DNA from: an uncultured Bacillota bacterium | GTDB lineage: Bacteria; Bacillota; Clostridia; Christensenellales; UBA1242 | Direction: 5' to 3' | DNA: 32,693 bases | NCBI GenBank assembly: GCA_949282835.1 | Contig: CASDQU010000038.1 | Coordinates: 1 to 32,693, forward strand | Shown here: piece after piece, positions 26,634 to 32,693 of the stretch | How positions within the stretch are numbered: the stretch's first letter is position 1 | Layout of the letters: every line of letters begins with the position of its first letter | Notes under the pieces: model-generated | What the model was told of the DNA's origin: nothing | Database searches by the model: none | The model's input: only the letters and a program-made list of their open reading frames with translations | Position numbers and translations under genes: made by a program

Positions 26634-27539
26634 TTATTCTCCTTCACTTTCAGATTTTGTTTCTTCTTTGTTTGTTTGCTCTATTTTTTCTTCTTTCTTT
26701 GTCTCTACCTTTTTCTTTGCAGGTTTCTTCTTTGCAGGTTTCTTGCTCTTATGCTCTTCTCCAGCTTCAGCAATTTCAATATTAGGTTTTGTTTCTGCAA
26801 GAACTTTTTCTAAGTCAATATCCTCTTCTTCAACAGTCTCTTCTTTCTTTAAAGATACCCCTTCAGTAGCCTCAATAACTGCATCAGCCATAGCTTGAGC
26901 AATTAATTTAACAGATCTTATTGCATCATCATTGCCAGGAATGATATAGCTAATTCCGTCTGGATTGCCATTGGTATCTACAAGAGCAACCATTGGAATA
27001 CCAAGAATTTTACATTCATTAACGCAAATGTGTTCAACATTAGGATCAACTAGGAATACAGCACCAGGGAGCTCTCTCATCTCTTTAATTCCACCCAAAT
27101 TCTTTTCAAGCTTATCTCTTTCAGCTTTAAGAATTGTAACTTCTTTTTTAGGTAGAAGGTCAAATTCCCCCACTTTTTCCATTTGATTTAATTTGTTAAG
27201 CCTTTCAATTCTTGACTTTATAGTTTTGAAATTAGTAAGGCAACCACCAAGCCAGTGTGAATTGATATAATACATTCCACATCTTTCAGCTTCTTCTTTA
27301 ACAGCATCTTGAGCTTGCTTTTTTGTACCAACAAATAGTACTTTTTTCCCAGAAGCAACAACATCTCTTATAAAAAGATATGCCTTATCAACTTGCTCTG
27401 AGGTTTTTTCTAGATTAATGATGTGAATATCATTTCTTGCAGTAAAAATGAAAGGTTTCATTTTTGGATTCCATTTTCTTGTTTGATGACCGAAATGTAC
27501 CCCTGCTTCTAGAAGTTGTTTCATAGAAATAACCGACAT
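26634..27539 (-). CDS. rpsB: 30S ribosomal protein S2 with a Lys/Glu-rich C-terminal extension
   Basis: [27 protein letters not shown]... is canonical S2. About 60 extra C-terminal residues include [21 protein letters not shown]. Confidence 0.95.
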   Translation of the reverse strand: MSVISMKQLLEAGVHFGHQTRKWNPKMKPFIFTARNDIHIINLEKTSEQVDKAYLFIRDVVASGKKVLFVGTKKQAQDAVKEEAERCGMYYINSHWLGGCLTNFKTIKSRIERLNKLNQMEKVGEFDLLPKKEVTILKAERDKLEKNLGGIKEMRELPGAVFLVDPNVEHICVNECKILGIPMVALVDTNGNPDGISYIIPGNDDAIRSVKLIAQAMADAVIEATEGVSLKKEETVEEEDIDLEKVLAETKPNIEIAEAGEEHKSKKPAKKKPAKKKVETKKEEKIEQTNKEETKSESEGE

Positions 27540-27711
27540 TTTTAAATCCTCCTTTTGTTTTTGTCCTTCCCTATAGTTTTCTAGCTTTTAATAGCGACCT
27601 CAGGTTTTCACCTTTTCCATAATGACAGATGTAGCTTTTAATTCACTATGAGTTTTAGGCAACTGCTATAAAATATACTATAAGTGCATATTTGTCTTAT
27701 GAGACTTAAAG

Positions 27712-27740
27712 AGTATATCATAATGAAAAATTTAAGTCAA
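27712..27740 (-). promoter_or_regulatory. sigma-A type promoter (extended -10) for rpsB-tsf
   Basis: Minus strand reads TTGACT (27740..27735), a 17-nt spacer ending in TGA, then TATACT (27717..27712). It leaves a 5' UTR of about 165 nt. Confidence 0.6.
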
Positions 27741-27790
27741 GAAAAATATCAATTATACTTTTAAAATATAAATTACTTTTTCATAGTTAT

Positions 27791-27818
27791 TAAAAAAATT
27801 CACATATTACTGTGAATT
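27791..27818 (-). terminator. intrinsic terminator of secDF; the secF stop codon lies in its loop
   Basis: Minus strand reads AATTCACA-GTAATA-TGTGAATT followed by TTTTTA. The TAA stop (27809..27807) falls in the 6-nt loop. Confidence 0.7.
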
Positions 27819-28859
27819 TTTATTTTTATTAAGATTTTGTTTCTTCTTATCTTTGAATAAAGTCACCCAAAAAGAAGGAAGAATGAAAGTTGAAGTGTAG
27901 AAAGTAACTACAAGCGCAATAAGTAGACCAAGAGCCACCTGTCTAACGCCCTCCACCGCTACCGCGATAAATAGTATCGTTGCAATTAGCACTAATCCAT
28001 AAATCAACATTTTTTTATAAATCATTTCTTTTGTTGTAACATTTGCAAGCATAGATAAACCAACTTTGCCATGTTTTTCAGATTTTAAATTATCTTTGGT
28101 TTTCATATAGAAATAAATGATGTAAAATAAACTAAAGGCAAATGTAGCAAGCAAAATTATACCCATTGAGAAATTAATTGTTAAGCGACAAATAGTTAAA
28201 AGCGCAATAACCAAGAATAAATCTAAAGCAAGTTGCATGAGCATAACTAAACTTGCAGTTGGGCTATATCTAAATGACATATATATAGCACTAACTATAA
28301 AAGCAAATACTATACTTGCCACAATCGCTATTGTCCAGCCCAAATTGGTGGCAGGCTCAACAAAATCGGCAGAAGACACTGCTTGATCATAATTTTGATA
28401 TGAAAACTCAGCAATCAAATTTTGTCTGATTGTGTTATCGGTAACCTCAATTAATTCTAAATCATTTGTATTATGTTGATATTTGATTTCTACCGCTTGT
28501 CCATTTGAAACAATAAAATTTTCATCTATAATATTCATTGAAGAGATGGTATACGAAGTAATCTTCACATCTTGACCTGATAAAGCATCGGTGATTTTAT
28601 TATATACCTTGTTGTAATCTTTCTTATCATTCAAGTCATATGATGACACTGTCTCGTCTACTATTTCTAATTCATTATTGACATAAACTTTTACCACACT
28701 ATAGCCAGTGAAATCTGTACCAAGGTTAAAACCAATAGTGCAAAGAAGAATAACTCCCGTCAACAAAATTAATAAAGGTGCTATCAAAAAATAAAGGAAA
28801 TTTTTAGGAATGTTTAACTTGCTATTTTGGATTTTGCTATCAAGATTTAATTTTTTCAT
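27807..28859 (-). CDS. secF: protein translocase subunit SecF
   Basis: 350 aa. TM1 is followed by LGTDFTGYS (SecF G.DF.GG-like motif), an extracytoplasmic domain and 5 C-terminal TMs. ATGA overlap with secD. Confidence 0.8.
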   Translation of the reverse strand: MKKLNLDSKIQNSKLNIPKNFLYFLIAPLLILLTGVILLCTIGFNLGTDFTGYSVVKVYVNNELEIVDETVSSYDLNDKKDYNKVYNKITDALSGQDVKITSYTISSMNIIDENFIVSNGQAVEIKYQHNTNDLELIEVTDNTIRQNLIAEFSYQNYDQAVSSADFVEPATNLGWTIAIVASIVFAFIVSAIYMSFRYSPTASLVMLMQLALDLFLVIALLTICRLTINFSMGIILLATFAFSLFYIIYFYMKTKDNLKSEKHGKVGLSMLANVTTKEMIYKKMLIYGLVLIATILFIAVAVEGVRQVALGLLIALVVTFYTSTFILPSFWVTLFKDKKKQNLNKNKNSQ

Positions 28860-30259
28860 AAATTTTCACCTCCTTGTTCAGGAGTGGTGTCCTCTTCTTC
28901 TATTACAACAACAGGCTCGTCATCCTTGCTCTCTTTTACATTTTTTTCTCTATAAAGATGCATAACTTTAGCATTTGTACTATTGATAGGAAGATATAAC
29001 TTAATCAAATATTTAAGGATAACTAAAGATGCAAACATAGAAATTAAAGCTCCAATAATTAAAGTAATACCAAATATCTTCAATGCTGATGGAGCAAAAA
29101 TCCATATAAAGGCACTAGCTAAAATTACTATAAAGTGACTATCAAGTATTGGCCATAAAGAGCGTTTGATACCACTTCTGCATGAAAGATGTATCTTTTT
29201 GCCAAGGGCATACTCTTCTTTAATTTTCTCAAATACTATGCAAGAGGCAATAACACAAAGAAGTAATGCCAAGAGCGAGCCAAATACTCCAGCCAAATTG
29301 AATGTTATAAATGGAATTGCTTGCATTAAGAATAGAAATATAACTCCGCTAAATACAAGTGATAAAATTCCAAGTAAACCTAGTGTACCATATCTTACAA
29401 TTAGAACAATAAATATAGTTACAATTAACGCCAACAATGCAATTCCTATATATAGTAAAGTATTCTGCCCTAAAACTGGAGATATAGCACTTGTTTCAAG
29501 TAGAGAAATATTAAATCCTAAATTCCCACCAACAATATTATATAAAGTTTGAGAGATGTCTGCAGAACTGGAACTATATGAGCCGCTGCTACTAATGACA
29601 AAAGAGAAACTATCACCAGATAAATCACCGCTTTCAATTTCTCCTAAAATATTATTAGAATTTATCTCGCCTAAATATATATATATCTTGCCGTCAGTTG
29701 TCAAATCTGCTCTTTCTTTAAGATTTGCTAATTGTTTTTGACCTTCATTTGTAAATTTGAATTTAAGGCCATAACTACTATTTTCATAGTCATAATATAC
29801 TGAAACATCAATAATTTCTTGACCGTTCATATATACAGTTGGAGAAGTTTCACTATCTGATGCCTGCTCTAAAGTAAAAGAAAGTTTTTTCCCACTTTGC
29901 AAATAAGTAAAATTATTGGCATCACTTACAGCATTTGCCACTTCTACCCTTATCTTGTTTTCACCTTGTCTAACAACTGTTATTTGTGAATAATTTTCTT
30001 TTTCAAAAAGATTTTTCACTTTAACTATAGAATTATCAATTAATTCACTTAAATCTTCTTTAGAATCTCCAGGAATTTCACATTCATATATAGCAGTCAC
30101 TCCACCTGAAAGATCGATATCTTTCTCAATAGCGTTTAAAAAGCCGTTATATCTATCTGTAGATGCTGGGACTGAAAAAGGACATATACATAAGAGTATG
30201 CCAAGAATTGCAATAATTGTAAGTAAAACGAATGAAACGATTGAATATTTTTTTAACAT
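28856..30259 (-). CDS. secD: protein translocase subunit SecD
   Basis: 467 aa. TM1 is followed by IDLSGGV (SecD LDL.GG motif), a large extracytoplasmic domain and an RND-like C-terminal TM bundle (GTLGLLGILSL...). Confidence 0.8.
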   Translation of the reverse strand: MLKKYSIVSFVLLTIIAILGILLCICPFSVPASTDRYNGFLNAIEKDIDLSGGVTAIYECEIPGDSKEDLSELIDNSIVKVKNLFEKENYSQITVVRQGENKIRVEVANAVSDANNFTYLQSGKKLSFTLEQASDSETSPTVYMNGQEIIDVSVYYDYENSSYGLKFKFTNEGQKQLANLKERADLTTDGKIYIYLGEINSNNILGEIESGDLSGDSFSFVISSSGSYSSSSADISQTLYNIVGGNLGFNISLLETSAISPVLGQNTLLYIGIALLALIVTIFIVLIVRYGTLGLLGILSLVFSGVIFLFLMQAIPFITFNLAGVFGSLLALLLCVIASCIVFEKIKEEYALGKKIHLSCRSGIKRSLWPILDSHFIVILASAFIWIFAPSALKIFGITLIIGALISMFASLVILKYLIKLYLPINSTNAKVMHLYREKNVKESKDDEPVVVIEEEDTTPEQGGENL

Positions 30260-30340
30260 TAATAAGCCCTCTTAATTTATTAAATAGATTACTCTCATTA
30301 TTATAAAGAATTAAAAGGGCTATGTCAAATAATTTATGCT

Positions 30341-30757
30341 TTAATTTGTACTTTTTTTGATATTAACACAAATAATACCGCAGATTGCTCCAATAATTGC
30401 TCCAAATACTATATCGGTCAAAAGTGTTATATCAAAACTGAAGCTGCCATTTAAAATTGAAAATACTAAAAATGCCATTATTGTATAGATAAAGCCAATT
30501 AAAAGACCACAAATCAAACCTAATTCCTTAGATTTTTTTAGCCCCAAAAACACCCCTAAGAATACACTGATACCTTTGATAACCTGATTGACTGGCATAA
30601 TAATGCTATCTGAAATATTGGTAAATTTCAAGATGAAAGCAAATACAAGTATTAATACCAGTGAAACCGATAAAGCGATTAAACTACCCTTTAAAATGTA
30701 TTTTAAAATAGGTGATGTATTTGTTTTTAATTCTCTTACTTTTGCCTTCTTTTTCAT
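30341..30757 (-). CDS. small 4-TM membrane protein (YrzE/TIGR04086-like)
   Basis: 138 aa with four hydrophobic helices and a Gly-rich pattern (GISVFLGVFLG, GLICGLLIGF, FGAIIGAICGIIC). AAGGAG SD. The family assignment is from memory only. Confidence 0.4.
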   Translation of the reverse strand: MKKKAKVRELKTNTSPILKYILKGSLIALSVSLVLILVFAFILKFTNISDSIIMPVNQVIKGISVFLGVFLGLKKSKELGLICGLLIGFIYTIMAFLVFSILNGSFSFDITLLTDIVFGAIIGAICGIICVNIKKSTN

Positions 30758-30854
30758 GATTGACTCCTTTTTATAAATTTATACATTTTTGCTTGTCCAA
30801 ACTATCCTGTATATTTTCTTTTGCAAATTCGTTATTGTAAAATATGATGTTAAA

Positions 30855-30893
30855 TAAAAAAAAATAACCATTCTCATAATCTAAAATGGTTAT
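30855..30893 (-). terminator. intrinsic terminator after the transglutaminase-like gene
   Basis: Minus strand reads ATAACCATT-(12-nt loop)-AATGGTTAT followed by TTTTTTTTT. Confidence 0.7.
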
Positions 30894-30915
30894 TTTAAAT
30901 GGTTTTCGACAAAAA

Positions 30916-31692
30916 CTACATTTGTCTATCCTTATCTTTAATCTCTCCTAAAAACTTTTTATAATCTCTAACTACCGATGTATAATTTTGTAGCTGGTTA
31001 TCGCTATTTTCTAAAAAATCATTTCTATCATATAAATAAGTGATAAAGCCAAAAGCATTAAATCTTCTATTAACCATATTGCTTTTGCCCAACATATATC
31101 CTTCATTTGATTTCAATGTTGGTCTGGCAAAATTTTTATAATCTTGTTTTATTGTTTCTTTTTCTAACACTTGAATTGGCTTAAATTTAAAAAGTTTAAA
31201 ATATAAATCTTTGCTCATCACCATATAATTTGCGCCATCAAAAACAAATTCCTTATTTTCGACATTGAAAGTCGCGATTGAATGGAATAGTCCATCACCC
31301 ATATCATATGGATTAATTTTTCCAAAATTCAATTTGCAAGGAAATTTTGACTTATATACAAAACTATATGCAGAGAAATGACATTCCCCCACATGACAAT
31401 AAACTTTATTGCCAAAAATTGCATTTGCATTTATAAATAATCCGCCATAATGAGAGGTATTTATCTCCATCCAAGGCACATCATCAATCTTACATTTAGT
31501 AACATCTAGACTTTGAAGCTCCTTTGCCTTATCATTCCTATAGAAAACTTCGCATAATCTTGGAATTTCATAACAAAAAAGTTCCCTTCCTTTTAATGAA
31601 TGGTATTTTAATCTTTCCTTCAATCTTTGTGAAAGTTCAACCTCTTTTTTTATACTTTCTTTTATGAAATTTTCTGAAGTATAAATGTTCAT
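30916..31692 (-). CDS. hypothetical protein with a transglutaminase-like / papain-fold Cys-His-Asp signature
   Basis: 258 aa from ATG 31692. VGECHFSAYSFVY...GDGLFHSIATFNVENKEFVFDGAN resembles the transglutaminase-core pattern G.C..FA..F ... H.W.E...... W...D. The start is chosen because a promoter sits immediately upstream; the track start (TTG 31797) has no SD. Confidence 0.4.
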   Translation of the reverse strand: MNIYTSENFIKESIKKEVELSQRLKERLKYHSLKGRELFCYEIPRLCEVFYRNDKAKELQSLDVTKCKIDDVPWMEINTSHYGGLFINANAIFGNKVYCHVGECHFSAYSFVYKSKFPCKLNFGKINPYDMGDGLFHSIATFNVENKEFVFDGANYMVMSKDLYFKLFKFKPIQVLEKETIKQDYKNFARPTLKSNEGYMLGKSNMVNRRFNAFGFITYLYDRNDFLENSDNQLQNYTSVVRDYKKFLGEIKDKDRQM

Positions 31693-31698
31693 GTGTAT

Positions 31699-31727
31699 AT
31701 GATAACATGTGGTTATACAAAAGTCAA
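31699..31727 (-). promoter_or_regulatory. sigma-A type promoter (extended -10) positioned for a leaderless transcript
   Basis: Minus strand reads TTGACT (31727..31722), a 17-nt spacer ending in TGT, then TATCAT (31704..31699), 6 nt (ATACAC), then ATG (31692). Confidence 0.5.
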
Positions 31728-31805
31728 TTTTATTTTTGTAAAAAATGTTAAAAAAAGCTTGATAGTTTATAACCATCAAAAAGCTTTTAAAAACCAAATT
31801 AATTA

Positions 31806-32273
31806 TTAAATTTTATTTGAGAAAAGTAATCCTTCTCCTCCTTCATTTTTAATAATTTTGCCCTCATATTCCCAGCCTAATTTTCTGAAAAAATCAGGTG
31901 CTTGGTCTGTCCAAACATAAATTTTATCATAGCCTAATTCTTTCAATTTAGTACTAGCAAAATCAATCATCATTTTTGCATAGCCCTTACCCTTGAATTT
32001 ATCAAAAATCATAAGATTACAAAGCCATGGATTAATATTAAGATGATTGATAAGTCTGTTTTCTCTAAGAGTACAAAATCCTATAATTTCTCCATTATCT
32101 TCAAGAGCTACACCTAAAGGCAAAACATTCTTATTATTGCGCATATTGATAATATTTCCAGTTGAATGATTATAATCTAAAATTGGATTAAATTTTTTCC
32201 AATAGTTATAATTGCTCTCCGCAATAAACTTTACCTGTTCTTCTGTTAGCTGACTAAAAAGTTTAATATTCAT
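31806..32273 (-). CDS. GNAT-family N-acetyltransferase
   Basis: 155 aa. Motif A-like L.IFDKFKGKGYAKMMIDFA and the C-terminal beta-bulge region YVWTDQAPDFFRKLGWEYEG. AAGGGGAG SD. Confidence 0.75.
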   Translation of the reverse strand: MNIKLFSQLTEEQVKFIAESNYNYWKKFNPILDYNHSTGNIINMRNNKNVLPLGVALEDNGEIIGFCTLRENRLINHLNINPWLCNLMIFDKFKGKGYAKMMIDFASTKLKELGYDKIYVWTDQAPDFFRKLGWEYEGKIIKNEGGEGLLFSNKI

Positions 32274-32326
32274 AATTTATCTCCCCTTTTTAATAAATTT
32301 TCAAAATAACAAAGACCATATAACAT

Positions 32327-32362
32327 AAAAGACGCTTTAATCAAAAGTTTAAAGTGTCTTTT
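32327..32362 (-). terminator. probable intrinsic terminator after yajC
   Basis: Minus strand reads AAAAGACACTTTAA-(8-nt loop)-TTAAAGCGTCTTTT with one A.C mismatch, followed by ATGTTAT. It starts 9 nt after the yajC stop. Confidence 0.45.
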
Positions 32363-32370
32363 ATTAAAAT

Positions 32371-32693
32371 TTATTCTTTCTTTTTAGATTTTTTAGTAGA
32401 CTTCTTCTCGGTTTTTTCTGGGCTTTGCTCTTTCTGCTGAGTTTCTATTTCTTGTGACGCGATATTTTCTTCCTCTTTCTTGTCAACTTTATCTTCTACA
32501 ATCTTCTTTTCTTCATTAGATTTGACATCGTTAGGTTTATCTTCAGTCACAGCTTCTTCATCTTTGAAAACTGTATAGATAGCATAGGCGTCTACAGAAA
32601 TATATCCCTTTTTCTTATCTGTTCCTGTTTCTATAGTAACAATTTTTTTATCTTCTTCTAAATGAAGATCAACAATTGTGCCATAAACACCAC
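32371..32693 (-). CDS. yajC: preprotein translocase subunit YajC, C-terminal part with a long charged tail (5' end outside the window)
   Basis: Not in the ORF track because the start lies outside the window. My translation of the minus strand gives GVYGTIVDLHLEEDKKIVTIETGTDKKKGYISVDAYAIYTVFKDEE...KKSTKKSKKKE*. The G(I/V)YG.IV......v.ie block is the YajC C-terminal signature. Confidence 0.65.
   Translation of the reverse strand, partial: GVYGTIVDLHLEEDKKIVTIETGTDKKKGYISVDAYAIYTVFKDEEAVTEDKPNDVKSNEEKKIVEDKVDKKEEENIASQEIETQQKEQSPEKTEKKSTKKSKKKE

Noticed and set aside
1189-29741. Numerous plus-strand ORFs of 60-150 aa in the track (for example 1189..1551, 2512..2706, 7057..7350, 7804..8175, 9498..9794, 12640..12993, 15446..16508, 25961..26413, 26439..26898, 29166..29741).
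   Set aside because: Each lies antisense to, and wholly inside, a minus-strand gene with strong family motifs. Their products are low-complexity (S/F/L/I/K-rich), lack SD sites, and are the expected shadow frames of AT-rich coding DNA.
30758-30854. A promoter for the small membrane-protein gene (TTGGAC / TATAAA-like hexamers upstream of 30757).
   Set aside because: The hexamers are degenerate and their spacing is ambiguous (17-19 nt), so they cannot be distinguished from AT-rich background.
95-31797. Longer N-terminal extensions given by the ORF track for rpmI (340), nusB (5166), spoIIIAH (6016), spoIIIAG (6576), spoIIIAA (10375), the Endo IV-like gene (12097), ylxR (17396), tsf (26647), the HipS-like ORF (25477) and the orphan (31797).
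   Set aside because: In each case an internal ATG has a properly spaced GGAGG-type SD (or a promoter, for the orphan) and yields the family-typical N-terminus. The extensions overlap upstream genes and lack SD sites.
1-32693. A search for tRNA or rRNA genes, CRISPR repeats, IS elements, integrases and prophage genes.
   Set aside because: All intergenic regions are under 270 nt and are accounted for by promoters, leaders or terminators. No cloverleaf-like GC-rich segments, regularly spaced direct repeats or recombinase-like ORFs were seen.

Overview
AT-rich (about 30% GC by eye) chromosomal segment from a low-GC, endospore-forming Firmicute (Clostridia/Bacilli-like). All calls rest on reading the supplied translations for motifs and on hand-checking starts, Shine-Dalgarno (SD) sites, promoters and hairpins; no searches were run. 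About 40 of 42 genes lie on the minus strand. They form four housekeeping blocks joined end to end: (1) yajC-[GNAT, transglutaminase-like orphan, small membrane protein]-secD-secF; (2) rpsB-tsf-//-frr-uppS-cdsA-rseP-[PolC-like]-rimP-nusA-ylxR-ylxQ-infB-rbfA-nrnA-truB-[Endo IV-like]; (3) efp-spoIIIAA..AH-asp23-nusB-xseA-proS-xseB-[membrane protein]; (4) L20 leader-infC-rpmI-rplT. No tRNA, rRNA, CRISPR array, transposase or integrase was seen. The only plus-strand genes are a two-gene module at 24441-25836, sitting where pyrH normally lies between tsf and frr. It encodes a 362-aa HipA-family Ser/Thr kinase that lacks the HipA N-terminal subdomain, followed by an overlapping ~107-aa ORF that resembles that missing subdomain (HipS-like). 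This is a split HipA in kinase-first order with no HipB-type HTH gene, driven by a perfect TTGACA-17-TATAAT promoter. It is the best candidate for an undescribed toxin-antitoxin or defence-type system here. Other notable points: the conserved polC slot holds a 516-aa protein with PolC N-domain, OB fold and an intact DEDDh exonuclease but no PHP or polymerase core; proS is wedged between xseA and xseB; infC uses an ATT start behind an L20-type attenuator; a terminator-like hairpin lies in the rimP-nusA leader; one orphan gene looks leaderless; and several genes expected from Bacillus gene order are missing locally (pyrH, dxr, accBC, folD, ispA/dxs, ribF).
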